A DNA stretch of 64,000 bases from Actinomycetota bacterium (lineage in GTDB: Bacteria; Actinomycetota; Acidimicrobiia; Acidimicrobiales; CADCSY01), in NCBI GenBank assembly GCA_004366205.1, contig SIRW01000022.1, positions 73,239 through 137,238 on the forward strand, read 5' to 3'. Positions 39,387 through 48,939 of this stretch are shown in pieces. The position numbers and the translations under genes are program-made. The notes under the pieces are model-generated. The model did no database searches, was not told the origin of the DNA, and was given only the letters and a program-made list of their open reading frames with translations. Each line of letters starts with the position of its first letter. The first letter of the stretch is position 1.

Positions 39387-40465
39387 GGCTGCTCCAGCGT
39401 CGCGCGGTACACGTCCGCGACGGCAGCCACGAGCCGGCGGGGATCGAGCCGGTCGGCGACGCGGGCCCGGCCGGCCGCCCCGATGCGGGCCGCCTCCTCG
39501 GGCCGGTCGAGCAGCTCGGCGAGCGCCGCCGCGAGGGCGCCGGCGTCGCCGACCGGCACGATCCGCCCGGTCCGGCCGTCCTCGATGAGGTCGGGGACGA
39601 AGCCCACGGGCGTGGCCACCACCGGCCGGCCCAGCTGCATGGCCTCGGCCACCACCAGCGGGCCCGACTCCCAGCGCGAGGGCACCGCCACCACGTCGGC
39701 CGCGCCCAGCTCGTCGACGGCGTGCGGGCTGGGCCCGGCCAATACGACGGTGTCCCCGAGACCGGCCCGGCTGATCGAGGCGCGCAGCGTCGCCTCGAGC
39801 GGGCCCTCGCCGACGACTGCGACGAGCACGCCGGGCACCCGCCGGCGCAGCACGGCCGCGGCGTCGATGAGCGTGTCGAGGCCCTTCTGGGGGTGCAGGC
39901 GGGCGGCGACCACGACGAGGGGCCGGCCGGCGGCGCCCAGCGCGGCGCGCACGTCGTCGGGGGGCCGGGTCGGGACGGCGGGGGGCCCCACCGGTGGCAC
40001 CACCACGATCCCGTGGGCGCCCGGGCGGCCGGCGAACTGCTGGGCGATGCCCGACGACACGGCGATGACCGCGTCGGCGCGGCCGGGGAGGCGGGCCTCC
40101 AGCGCCCGCAGCAGGGGCGCGGCCCGCCCGGCCGCTTCGTCGAGCACGACGTTGTGGAGGGTCACGACCACCGGCGGCCGGCGCCGCAGGGTGGTGGCGA
40201 GCCATCCCGCCTTCAGCCCGTGGGCGTGCACGATGTCGAAGCTGCCGGCGGCCCGGGCCAGCGCGGCGCGGGCCTGCAACGCCTGCACCGGTTCGATCCC
40301 GCCTGGCACCGGGACGGCGAGGTGGCGGCCGTCCACGACCGGCTCGGGGCCCGCCACGGCGACGTCCCAGCCCGTCGCCCGCAGCTCGGTCGCCAGGTGG
40401 GCCACGTGGCGCCGGATCCCGCCGGTCGAGGGGCCGAGCAGCTGCAGCACCCGGGGCTCAGCCAC
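39383..40465 (-). CDS. Glycosyltransferase, GT-B fold (family 1/4)
   Basis: Contains IVHAHGLKAGW and PSRWESGPLVVAEAMQLGRPVVAT (E-x7-E type). GTG 40465 overlaps the murJ end by 8 nt. Confidence 0.85.
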   Translation of the reverse strand: MAEPRVLQLLGPSTGGIRRHVAHLATELRATGWDVAVAGPEPVVDGRHLAVPVPGGIEPVQALQARAALARAAGSFDIVHAHGLKAGWLATTLRRRPPVVVTLHNVVLDEAAGRAAPLLRALEARLPGRADAVIAVSSGIAQQFAGRPGAHGIVVVPPVGPPAVPTRPPDDVRAALGAAGRPLVVVAARLHPQKGLDTLIDAAAVLRRRVPGVLVAVVGEGPLEATLRASISRAGLGDTVVLAGPSPHAVDELGAADVVAVPSRWESGPLVVAEAMQLGRPVVATPVGFVPDLIEDGRTGRIVPVGDAGALAAALAELLDRPEEAARIGAAGRARVADRLDPRRLVAAVADVYRATLEQP

Positions 40466-42083
40466 GGCCGTCCCCTCCCCCGCGCCCCCGCCGCCCGGCC
40501 AGGGCCAGGGCAGCGCCGGGACGGAGCCCTCCGGTGGCGACCTGGAGCGCCAGGTACACCGCCACGCCGGCGCCCCCGGCCACGACCAGCTCCGCCACGG
40601 CGCCGGCGCGTCCCTCGAGCCCGAGCCCGGCGCGGACCAGCACCATGACCAGCCCCGCCCCCACCGCCGCCAGCGTGCCGGCGCCAAGGGCCCGGCCCGC
40701 CCGCACCGGGGCGTCGGGCCGGCGCACCCGCAGGAGCCCGACCAGCACCGCCGCGCCCGCGAGGTGGACCGCCGAGTGCACGCCCGCGAGAGCGGCGACG
40801 CGGCCGGCGTCGTCGACCACCGCCGCCACCCCGACCATGAGCACGACCCCGGCCACGGCGACGCCGGTGTTGACCAGGGCGGGGAGCCGGCTGTCGCCGA
40901 TGGCGTAGAAGCCCCGCGTGAGGAACAGCATGGCCCCGTAGCCGAACAGGCCGGGAGCGAACGCCGCGATCGTGCGTGCGACCTGCTCGGCGCCCTCCGG
41001 TCCGGTGGCGCCGAACAGGAACGCGTCGGCCAGCGGGCGGGCGAGGGCGATCGATCCCGCCGTGCCCAGCAGCGCGAAGAAGGCGATGCCGCGCAGGCCC
41101 TGCTCGACGCCCCGTCCGAAGTCCGCCCACGAGCCCCGCTGCGCGTGACGGGCGAGCCGCGGGTAGAGCGTGGTGAGGATGGGCACGGCGAACAGGGCAT
41201 GCGGCAGCAGGAAGAACGTGAACGCCACCTGGTAGACGACGACACCGCCCTCGACGGCGTTGGCGAGCACCAGCACGGCGGCGAGCAGCACCTGGCTCAT
41301 CGCCAGGTACACCGCGGCCCAGGCTCCGAGCCGGCCGAGCCGGCGCACCGCCGGGTGCCGGTGGTCGAAGCGGGGGCGCAGCGAGAACCCGCTGCGCAGC
41401 ACGGCGCCGACGGGCAGGACGGTGAGGGCCACGACCCCGAGCGTGGTCCCGCCGGCCAGCACGACCTGCTGGGCGCCCGTGAGCTCGAGCGAGGGCTCGG
41501 CGCCGCCCCGCATCCACCAGAAGGCGCCGTAGGTGGCCGTGACCACCACGTTGTTCAGGATGGGGGCGGCCGCCGGCAGGGCGAAGCGGCCCTGGGCGTT
41601 GAGCACGCCCGTCGCCACCATGGCCGCGGCGTACAGGACGACCTGGGGCAGGAAGAACCAGAGGAACACCGTCCCGAGACGGACCTGGGCGTCGCGGATC
41701 TCCGGCGTGGGGGCGCCGCTGACGAGCGCGGCCATCAGCAGGGGCGCGAGCAGCATCCCGACAGCGGCGAGCGCCGCCAGCCCCGCGCCCACGAGGCCGA
41801 GGACCGAACCGGCCACGTGCTGCGCCTCGCGACGGTCGCCCCGGTCGAGGAGCTCGACGAGGCCGGGGATCACCACCGCCTGGAGGGCGCCGGCGGCGAA
41901 CAGCTCGAACACCAGGTTCGGCACGGTGTTGGCTGCCTGGTAGGTGTTGCCCAGATACGTCGTGCCCAGCACGGCGGCCACGACCAGGATGCGCACGAAG
42001 CCCGTGACGCGCGACACGGCGGTGAGGACCGTCATGGCCGCCGTCGAGCGGACCAGCCCCGCGTCGGGGCCGGACGTGGTCAT
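40458..42083 (-). CDS. murJ: MurJ/MviN-family (MOP superfamily) lipid-linked glycan flippase, 541 aa, without a C-terminal pseudokinase extension
   Basis: Contains SRVTGFVRILVVAAVLG, NTYQAANTVPNLVFELFAAGAL and TLYPRLA. ATG 42083 overlaps the upstream TGA (ATGA). Confidence 0.85.
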   Translation of the reverse strand: MTTSGPDAGLVRSTAAMTVLTAVSRVTGFVRILVVAAVLGTTYLGNTYQAANTVPNLVFELFAAGALQAVVIPGLVELLDRGDRREAQHVAGSVLGLVGAGLAALAAVGMLLAPLLMAALVSGAPTPEIRDAQVRLGTVFLWFFLPQVVLYAAAMVATGVLNAQGRFALPAAAPILNNVVVTATYGAFWWMRGGAEPSLELTGAQQVVLAGGTTLGVVALTVLPVGAVLRSGFSLRPRFDHRHPAVRRLGRLGAWAAVYLAMSQVLLAAVLVLANAVEGGVVVYQVAFTFFLLPHALFAVPILTTLYPRLARHAQRGSWADFGRGVEQGLRGIAFFALLGTAGSIALARPLADAFLFGATGPEGAEQVARTIAAFAPGLFGYGAMLFLTRGFYAIGDSRLPALVNTGVAVAGVVLMVGVAAVVDDAGRVAALAGVHSAVHLAGAAVLVGLLRVRRPDAPVRAGRALGAGTLAAVGAGLVMVLVRAGLGLEGRAGAVAELVVAGGAGVAVYLALQVATGGLRPGAALALAGRRGRGGGDGRG

Positions 42084-43120
42084 CCGCGGTGCGGCGGCAG
42101 CAGGCGGTCCGCCTCGGGACCGTAGTGGCCGACGACGGCGGCCTCGAGGTCCTCGATCGCGAGCACCGCGGCGAGCCGGCCCAGGACCGTGTCGACCGCC
42201 TCGACGGTGCTGACGCGGGCCGCGAGCGAGCCCGACCCCCGGACCATCGCCACGATCCCGGGTGCGGGTTCGGCGTCGGGGTCGTCGGGCGCCGCCGGCG
42301 GCGCCGGCGCGGTGACGACCACGCCGAGGGTGTCGGCGACCGCCAGCCCGGCCACCAGGGGCCGGGTGAGCTGGGCGTCGGGCACGCGCGCCTCGTGACC
42401 GCCGACCACCACGAACCGCGTGCCCGGACCCACGAGCGGCAGGCGGCGACCGTCGGGCGCGTCGCCGTCGGGCAGCTCGACCTGCACGAAACCGGCCTGG
42501 GCGAGGGCGTCCACCACGGCGAGCGGACCGGGGGCGACGCCCGGCGGGGCGGCCCCGGGCTCGCCGACCGCCGGGGGCGGGGCGGCCTCGAGCTCGCCGG
42601 TGTCGCCCGGCAGGGCCGCCGCGGTGCGCAGCGCCTCGGCCAGGCGGCTGAGCGCGATCGACCGCAGCACGCCGCTCGACAGGTTGGGGCTCACCCCCAG
42701 GGCCTCCGCCAGGGCGGCGCGGTCGCCGTCCTCCTCGAGGGCGAAGCGGCCGGTCAGCCACGTGTCGCCGGCGTGGACCGCCCCGGCGGCGTCGAGGAGC
42801 CAGCGGAGCGACGTCACCGCCTCGGCGCTCACGCCCTCGGCGGCCAGCACCACCACGCCCGTGCCGGTGAGGGTGCCGGCAACGAGGCGGTCGGCCTCCT
42901 CGGCGAACCGGCCGGCCAGCTCGTCGCGCTCGGCCAGCTCGGCCCGCAGCTCCTGGCGGTCCTCCTCCATGGTCCGCAGGGACTGCTCGAGGTTGCGCTG
43001 CTGCGTGCGGAGCACATCGACCGTGAAGCTGTCGATGACGGCCGAGCCCATGAACACCCCGATGCCCAGGGCGAGGAAGACGGCGACGAGCGAGACGATG
43101 TGGTAGCGGAGGTTGACCAT
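42080..43120 (-). CDS. Copper-transporter MctB-family protein
   Basis: Starts MVNLRYHIVSLVAVFLALGIGVFMG, then a coiled coil. The position after steA matches Rv1697-Rv1698. Confidence 0.8.
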   Translation of the reverse strand: MVNLRYHIVSLVAVFLALGIGVFMGSAVIDSFTVDVLRTQQRNLEQSLRTMEEDRQELRAELAERDELAGRFAEEADRLVAGTLTGTGVVVLAAEGVSAEAVTSLRWLLDAAGAVHAGDTWLTGRFALEEDGDRAALAEALGVSPNLSSGVLRSIALSRLAEALRTAAALPGDTGELEAAPPPAVGEPGAAPPGVAPGPLAVVDALAQAGFVQVELPDGDAPDGRRLPLVGPGTRFVVVGGHEARVPDAQLTRPLVAGLAVADTLGVVVTAPAPPAAPDDPDAEPAPGIVAMVRGSGSLAARVSTVEAVDTVLGRLAAVLAIEDLEAAVVGHYGPEADRLLPPHRG

Positions 43121-44256
43121 CAGCCGAACAGCAGCCCGGTCCAGAGGTTGCGGAGGAACAGGCGGGCGGGTGGGCTGACCGCCGTGACCATGATCATCGC
43201 GAACAGGGCGGCGACCACTAGCAGCAGCATGTCCCGCTTGCGGACCTGGCCGCGGTAGAGGCGGCTCACGCCCTTGGCGTCGACGAGCACGGGCCCGACC
43301 TTCATGCGCACGAGGACCGTCGACGCCATGCCGGCCCGGCCCTTGTCGAGGAACTCGACCATCGACGAGTGCGTGCCCACCGCGCAGATCAGCTCGGCGC
43401 CCTGCTCGTAGGCGAGGAGCATGGCGATGTCCTCGCTGGTGCCCGGCGCCTCGAAGATCACGTAGGGCAGGCCGAGGGCGTCGAGGCGCTCCGCGCCCGG
43501 GGCCCGCCCGCCGGGATAGGCGTGCACCACGAGCTCGGCGCCGCTGCGCAGCGTCTCCTCCGAGACCGAGTCGAAGTCGCCGATGACGATGTCGGGCTGG
43601 TGGCCCAGCTCGACCAGGGCGTCGGCACCGCCGTCGACGCCGATCAACACGGGGCGCATGTCGTGCAGGTAACCCCCCCGGCGCAGGGCCTGGAGGTCCT
43701 CTCGGTAGTCGGTGCCCCGCACGACGATGAGCACGTGACGGCCCCGCATGTTCGTGCGCACCTGGGGCATGTCGACCCCGTCGAGGATGAGGTGCCGCTC
43801 GCGCCGGAGGTAGTCGAGGGTGTTGGCGGCGAAGCGCTCCAGCTCCTCCCCCATCACCTCCTTGGCCTTCTCGATGCGCGCCTCGAGCGACTGGATGTCC
43901 TGGCGGGTCCCCCGGCCCTCCCAGTCGCCGCAGCGGACGACCTCGCCGTCCACGTGCACCGGCGCGCCCTCGGTCACCCGCTCCATCACCTCGGGGCCGA
44001 CCTCGTCGAGGAGGGGGATGCCGGCGGCGGCGACCAGCAGCGGCCCGAGGTTGGGGTAGCGGCCCGAGATCGACGCCTCGGCGTTGATCACCGCGGCCAC
44101 GCCCGCTTCGATGAGCCCCTCGGCCGCCACCCGGTCGAGGTCGCGGTGGTCGATGACGGCGATGTCGCCGGGCCGGAGCCGCTTCACCAGGTCCTTCGTG
44201 CGGCGGTCGACGCGGGCGGGCCCCGAGACGGCGGTGTCGAGGCGGCGGGCGCTCAC
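43120..44256 (-). CDS. steA: Putative cytokinetic ring protein SteA
   Basis: Contains ARVDRRTKDLVKRLRPGDIAVIDHRDLDRVAAE, ISGRYPNLGP and GDFDS, with a C-terminal TM helix. GTG 44256 overlaps the recN TGA. Confidence 0.85.
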   Translation of the reverse strand: MSARRLDTAVSGPARVDRRTKDLVKRLRPGDIAVIDHRDLDRVAAEGLIEAGVAAVINAEASISGRYPNLGPLLVAAAGIPLLDEVGPEVMERVTEGAPVHVDGEVVRCGDWEGRGTRQDIQSLEARIEKAKEVMGEELERFAANTLDYLRRERHLILDGVDMPQVRTNMRGRHVLIVVRGTDYREDLQALRRGGYLHDMRPVLIGVDGGADALVELGHQPDIVIGDFDSVSEETLRSGAELVVHAYPGGRAPGAERLDALGLPYVIFEAPGTSEDIAMLLAYEQGAELICAVGTHSSMVEFLDKGRAGMASTVLVRMKVGPVLVDAKGVSRLYRGQVRKRDMLLLVVAALFAMIMVTAVSPPARLFLRNLWTGLLFG

Positions 44257-45842
44257 GGCCGGCTCCCCCGGCGGCTGGTGGCGAGCAGCTCCTCGGCGTG
44301 CTCGCGGGCGGTGGCGCTGGCCGGGCTGCCCGACAGCATCCGCGACAGCTCGACCACCCGGTCCTCGCCGACCACCGGGGCCGCGGTGGCGCGGGTGCGG
44401 CCGTCGACCTCGTGCTTGCGGACGCTGACCTGGGCGTCGGCGGCGGCCGCGACCTGCGCCAGGTGGGTGACGACCAGCACCTGGCGGGCCCGGGCCAGGT
44501 CGGCGAGGGCGGCGCCGACCGCCACGGCGGCCTCGCCGCCGATGCCGGCGTCGACCTCGTCGAACACCATGGTCGGTGGGCCCTCGGTGAGCACGAGCCG
44601 CAGGGCGAGCATGGCCCGGGCCAGCTCGCCGCCGGAGGCGATGCGGGCGAGCGGCCGCACGGGCTCCCCCGGGTTGGCGCTGAACAGGAACGCCACGTCG
44701 TCGGCCGGGTCGTCCCCCTCGACCGCCACCGCCACCCGGGCGGCGGGCATCCCGAGGGCGACCAACCGCTCCTGCACGGCCGCGGCCAGCTGGGGCGCCG
44801 CCTCTCGGCGGGCGGCGGCGACGGCCGCGGCCGCCGCACGCTCCTTGGCGGCGAGGTGGGCCCGCTCGGCCTCGAGGCGGGCGACCCGGGCGTCGTGGCC
44901 TTCGAGCTCGGCGAGGCGGGCGGCGGCACCGTCCCGGTAGGCGAGGACCTCGGCCAGGGTGTCGCCGTACTTCCGCCGCAGGTCGCGCAGGCGCGCCCGG
45001 CGCTCCTGGACCGCGGCGAGGCGGGCGGGGTCCTCCTCCACCGCCTCGGTGACGGCCCGCAGCTCGGTGGCGGCGTCGCCCAGCTCGACGCCGGCGGCGC
45101 GCAGGCGCGCCTCCAGCTCGGCGAACGGCGCCCGGCCCGCGAGCGCGGCGAGGGCAGCGCCCACGGCGTCGACGGCCCCGCCCTCCTCGGCGAGCGCCGC
45201 CAGCGCGGCGGCGCCGGCGTCGCGGTGGGCGCTGGCGTCGGCGAGGACAGCCTCCTCCCGGGCGAGCCGCTCGTCCTCGTCGTCGCCGGCGATGGCCGCC
45301 CCGTCGATCTCCTCCACCTCGAAGCGCAGCAGGTCGACCTCGCGGGCCCTCGCCCGGGCGTCGCCCCCGGACGCCTCGATGGCGGCGTCGACCTCGCGCA
45401 GCCGGCGCCGGAGCGCCCGCAGCGGGGCCAGGTCGACGCCGCCGAAGCGGTCCAGGGCGTGCCGCTGGGCGCCGGGTCGCAGCAGCGACTGGTGCGCGTG
45501 CTGGCCGTGCAGGTCGACCAGGCCGGCGCCGCGCTCGGCCAGGCTGGACACGGGGGCCGGGCGGCCGTCGACGTAGGCGCGGCTGCGACCGTCGGCGGGC
45601 ACCACCCGGGAGAGCACGACCTCCTCGTCGCCGATCACGAACCGGCCGTCGACGCGCGCCTCCTTGGCGCCGGGGCGCACCAGGGTGGCGTCGGCGCGGC
45701 CCCCGACGAGCAGCTCGATGGCTTCGACCACCAGCGTCTTGCCGGCGCCGGTCTCGCCGGTGACCGCGGTCATGCCCGGGCCGAGCAGGAGGTGCATCTC
45801 GTCGATGACACCCAGGTCCCGGACGGCGAGCTCGAGCAGCAA
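44253..45842 (-). CDS. recN: DNA repair protein RecN
   Basis: Contains GMTAVTGETGAGKT, long coiled coils, SGGELAR and VFDEVDAG. TTG start. Confidence 0.93.
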   Translation of the reverse strand: MLLELAVRDLGVIDEMHLLLGPGMTAVTGETGAGKTLVVEAIELLVGGRADATLVRPGAKEARVDGRFVIGDEEVVLSRVVPADGRSRAYVDGRPAPVSSLAERGAGLVDLHGQHAHQSLLRPGAQRHALDRFGGVDLAPLRALRRRLREVDAAIEASGGDARARAREVDLLRFEVEEIDGAAIAGDDEDERLAREEAVLADASAHRDAGAAALAALAEEGGAVDAVGAALAALAGRAPFAELEARLRAAGVELGDAATELRAVTEAVEEDPARLAAVQERRARLRDLRRKYGDTLAEVLAYRDGAAARLAELEGHDARVARLEAERAHLAAKERAAAAAVAAARREAAPQLAAAVQERLVALGMPAARVAVAVEGDDPADDVAFLFSANPGEPVRPLARIASGGELARAMLALRLVLTEGPPTMVFDEVDAGIGGEAAVAVGAALADLARARQVLVVTHLAQVAAAADAQVSVRKHEVDGRTRATAAPVVGEDRVVELSRMLSGSPASATAREHAEELLATSRRGSRP

Positions 45843-45854
45843 CGGTCGGTGGCC

Positions 45855-46724
45855 TCAGCGGTCGTTGAGGCCGAACTTGGCCTTCAGGATGCCGAGGAAG
45901 TTGCGCCCGCCGAACGTCACCAGCCGGGCGGGCTGCTTGGCGGCCGTGCACACGACGGCGTCGCCGCACTCGAGCGTGCCCAGGTTGCGGCCGTCGACCG
46001 ACACCGTCGCGGCGCGGTCGGCCAGCACCTCGAGGCGGATCTCGCTGGTGGGCTCGAGCACGAGCGTGCGGTCGAATAGCATGTGCGGCGACACCGGCGT
46101 CAGCAGCAGGGCGGCGTGGCGGGGAGCGACGATCGGCCCGCGCGCCGAGAAGGCGTAGGCGGTGGAGCCGGTGGGGGTCGCGACGATGAGCCCGTCGGCC
46201 GCGTAGGTGCTGAACGCCTCGCCGTCGATGCTCACGGCGAGCCGCACGGTGTGGCCCGAGGGGGTCTTCTCCACGACCGCCTCGTTGAGCGCGGGGTGCA
46301 GGCTCACCTCGGTGTCGCCCACGCCGCCGGCGGGGGCGTCGACGCGCACCGCCATGCGCATGCGCTCCTCGAGCTCGTAGGAGCCCGCCAGGAACCGCTT
46401 CAGCGCCATGCGCAGCTGACCCGGCTCGACCTCGGTGAGGTAGCCGAGCTGCCCGAGGTTCACGCCCAGCACCGGGACATCGGCGTCGGCGACGAGGTCG
46501 ACGGTCCGCAGCATCGTGCCGTCGCCGCCCAGGCTCACGGCCAGGTCGAGGCCCACGACCAGCTCGTCGACGTCCACGGCGCACGCCCCGAGGCCCGCGC
46601 CGGTCGCCTCGGTCGCCAGCAGGCGCACCTCGTGGCCACGCGCCTCCAGCCACCCGGCGGCGTCCCGGGCCAGCTCGGCGGCCTCGGGGCGCTGGGGGTG
46701 CACGATGAAGCCGATGGCGGCCAT
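45855..46724 (-). CDS. nadK: NAD kinase
   Basis: Contains SLGGDGTML and PTGSTAYAFSARGP. ATG 46724 shares 1 nt with the tlyA TGA. Confidence 0.92.
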   Translation of the reverse strand: MAAIGFIVHPQRPEAAELARDAAGWLEARGHEVRLLATEATGAGLGACAVDVDELVVGLDLAVSLGGDGTMLRTVDLVADADVPVLGVNLGQLGYLTEVEPGQLRMALKRFLAGSYELEERMRMAVRVDAPAGGVGDTEVSLHPALNEAVVEKTPSGHTVRLAVSIDGEAFSTYAADGLIVATPTGSTAYAFSARGPIVAPRHAALLLTPVSPHMLFDRTLVLEPTSEIRLEVLADRAATVSVDGRNLGTLECGDAVVCTAAKQPARLVTFGGRNFLGILKAKFGLNDR

Positions 46725-47524
46725 CAGGCGCCTCCGTGCCCGCCGGCGGCCTCGGCGACGGCGGCGTCGAGGTCGACGGTCGCCCCCGGCGCGGCGCGCC
46801 GGAGGTGCACGAGGAACTCCACGTTGCCCTCGGCTCCGGTGATCGGCGACGGCATCGCATCCATCATGGCCGCTCCCTGCGCCGCGAACGCGTCCCCGAC
46901 GGCGCCGAGGCAGCGGCGCCAGACGGCCGGATCGCGGATCACCCCCCGCCCCCGGGCCGCCTCCTCGCGGCCCGCCTCGAACTGCGGCTTGACGAGCAGC
47001 ACCAGGTCGCCGCCGGGCCTCGTCAGCCGGACCAGGGCCCCGGCGACGGTCCGCAGCGAGATGAACGACAAGTCGGCGCACGTCACATCGACGGCGCCGC
47101 CGATGTGGTCGGGCGTCAGGTGGCGGACGTTCGTGCGCTCGTGCACGGCCACCCGCGGGTCCCGGCGGACGCGCTCGTGCAGCTGGCCGTAGCCCACGTC
47201 GACGGCCACCACCTCGGCGGCGCCCCGCTGCAGGAGGCAGTCGGTGAAGCCGCCGGTCGAGGCGCCGGCGTCGAGCGCCCGGACCCCGTCCACGTCGACA
47301 GCGAAGCGGGTGAGGGCGGCGTCGAGCTTCTCACCGCCGCGGCTCACGAACCGGGGGGCGTCGCCGGCCAGGGCGACGGCCTCGTCGGGCGCGACGAGGC
47401 GGGCGGGCTTGCCGGCGGGCGCGCCGGCGACGGTCACCCGGCCGGCGGCGATGGCGGCCCGGGCCGCGGCGCGGCTGGGCACGAGGCCCCGCCGGACGAG
47501 CTCGGTGTCGAGCCGGCGGCGCAG
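46724..47524 (-). CDS. tlyA: TlyA-family rRNA (cytidine-2'-O)-methyltransferase. The start is proposed at the non-canonical CTG 47524; the first canonical start is GTG 47482.
   Basis: Contains FVSRGGEKL, LDAGASTGGFTD, DLSFISL and KPQFE. The S4-domain residues RRRLDTELVRRGL are encoded at 47521..47483, upstream of the first ATG/GTG/TTG. Confidence 0.85.
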   Translation of the reverse strand: MRRRLDTELVRRGLVPSRAAARAAIAAGRVTVAGAPAGKPARLVAPDEAVALAGDAPRFVSRGGEKLDAALTRFAVDVDGVRALDAGASTGGFTDCLLQRGAAEVVAVDVGYGQLHERVRRDPRVAVHERTNVRHLTPDHIGGAVDVTCADLSFISLRTVAGALVRLTRPGGDLVLLVKPQFEAGREEAARGRGVIRDPAVWRRCLGAVGDAFAAQGAAMMDAMPSPITGAEGNVEFLVHLRRAAPGATVDLDAAVAEAAGGHGGA

Positions 47525-47530
47525 AGCGGG

Positions 47531-47932
47531 TCAGCCGCGGCTGGACTTCTTGGCCGCCGCCTTCTTGGCGGCCGACTTCTTCGCACCGGACTTCTTGGCC
47601 GCCGCCTTCTTGGCCGCCGCCTTCTTGGCGGTCCCGGCACCGCCGAGGGCGTCGATGCGGCGCTCGAGTCGGGCGATGTCGGCCTGCGTGGCCAGCCCCA
47701 GGTTGTTCACCTGGCTGCGGATCTCCTTGCGGACCGTCTCGAGGAGCCGTTCGGTGTTCCGGCGGCTGCGCTCGAAGAGCTCCTCGGTCATCTGCTGGGC
47801 CTGCTCCGCCTGCACCTCGCCGGCCCGGACGAGGTCGCGCACGATGGCCTCGGCCCGCTGCTGGGTCATCTGCGTGAACGCCATCCCGGCGTCGAGGTAC
47901 CGCTTGAGCAGGTCGTTCTGCTTCTGCGCCAT
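47531..47932 (-). CDS. Phasin-like (COG3937-type) protein with a Lys/Ala-rich histone-H1-like tail
   Basis: Contains LKRYLDAGMAFTQMTQQRAEAIVRDLVRAGEV and DIARLERRIDAL, with the tail KKAAAKKAAAKKSGAKKSAAKKAAAKK. ATG 47932; the track ORF starts 16 codons earlier. Confidence 0.75.
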   Translation of the reverse strand: MAQKQNDLLKRYLDAGMAFTQMTQQRAEAIVRDLVRAGEVQAEQAQQMTEELFERSRRNTERLLETVRKEIRSQVNNLGLATQADIARLERRIDALGGAGTAKKAAAKKAAAKKSGAKKSAAKKAAAKKSSRG

Positions 47933-47940
47933 GGGCCGGC

Positions 47941-47946
47941 ACCCTA
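47941..47946 (-). promoter_or_regulatory. Candidate -10 box TAGGGT, 8 nt upstream of ATG 47932
   Basis: The minus strand reads ttTAGGGTgccggcccATG. Confidence 0.3.
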
Positions 47947-48009
47947 AACGGTCGGCCTCGGTGCTTGCAAGAGTTCGCACCGGTTCGGGTGGGTAACGTC
48001 GGGCTTCGC

Positions 48010-48855
48010 GTGTTCCCCCTCAAAGACGACAACCCCACCCGCCGGACCCCGGTGGTCACCATGTTGCTGGTCGCGGCGAACGTCGCGGTGTTCCTGCTGG
48101 TCCAGCCGCAGGGCGCGACGCTGCTCGGCACCGGTCCGCCGACGATGGACGACCTCGAGGCCGAGGTGCGGTTCAACTTCGGCAACGCCGCCATCCCCTG
48201 CGAGATCGTGCAGGGTCGCCCCCTCACCGTCGAGGAGGTCAACCGCACGCTGCGCGGTGAAGGCGACGCCTGCGCCGCCGACCCCGTGGGGCCCGCCGCC
48301 TTCCCCGGCAAACCGGTGTGGCTGGCGGTGTTCTTCTCGATGTTCCTGCACGCCAACCTGCTGCACCTGGGCGGGAACATGCTGTTCCTCTGGATCTTCG
48401 GGAACAACATCGAGGACCACTTGGGCGCCGTGCGCTACGTCCTGTTCTACCTGGGGGCCGGCATCGTGGCGACGGCCGCCCACGTGGCCGTGGGACCGGC
48501 CAGCACGATCCCCCTCATCGGCGCGTCCGGCGCGGTGGCGGGGGTGATGGGCGCCTACTTCGTGTGGTTCCCCCGCGCCCCGATCCTCACCGCCATCGTC
48601 GTCGGCCTCATCTTCTTCCGGCGGATCCAGGCCCGCTGGCTGCTCGGCATCTGGCTCGCCATGCAGTTCGTGCTGCCCGGCGAGGGGGTGGCGTGGGTCG
48701 CCCACGTCGGCGGGTTCGTGGCGGGTGTGGTGGTCGGCCTGGTCGTGCGGGCCAGCCGGGCGGTGCGGCACGCCATGTGGCGCGACCAGTGGTGGAACCC
48801 CGCCGACGAGCGCAGCTGGGACCCCGCCAGCGGACCGCCCCGCCGCCGCTACTGA
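48010..48855 (+). CDS. Rhomboid-family intramembrane serine protease. The start is uncertain (GTG 48010 or TTG 47965).
   Basis: Contains FLHANLLHLGGNMLFLWIFG, GASGAVAGVMGAY and a downstream His (AHVGGF). Confidence 0.88.
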   Translation: MFPLKDDNPTRRTPVVTMLLVAANVAVFLLVQPQGATLLGTGPPTMDDLEAEVRFNFGNAAIPCEIVQGRPLTVEEVNRTLRGEGDACAADPVGPAAFPGKPVWLAVFFSMFLHANLLHLGGNMLFLWIFGNNIEDHLGAVRYVLFYLGAGIVATAAHVAVGPASTIPLIGASGAVAGVMGAYFVWFPRAPILTAIVVGLIFFRRIQARWLLGIWLAMQFVLPGEGVAWVAHVGGFVAGVVVGLVVRASRAVRHAMWRDQWWNPADERSWDPASGPPRRRY

Positions 48856-48939
48856 CCCGCCCCGGCGCCCGACCGGCAGGTGGCGGGGTGCGCCCGGGGC
48901 CCCGCCCCCGGGGAGGCGGCGCGGCCCTCGCCCGCTGGC

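Noticed and set aside
37248-42125. 1625-aa plus-strand ORF
   Set aside because: It is antisense to murJ, the GT and the 764-aa membrane protein. Its composition is dominated by G/R/A/P/E/D and it has no recognisable motifs.
43120-46860. 1246-aa minus-strand ORF, and similar long ORFs (10210..12936, 14076..16793, 33302..35713, 42080..44929)
   Set aside because: These are read-throughs in alternative frames of upstream genes. Only the distal segment matches a protein family, and the true starts are defined by GTGA/ATGA coupling.
47541-47632. Short nucleotide repeats (cttcttggccgccgc…) as a VNTR
   Set aside because: They are imperfect and simply encode the AKKA low-complexity tail of the phasin-like protein.
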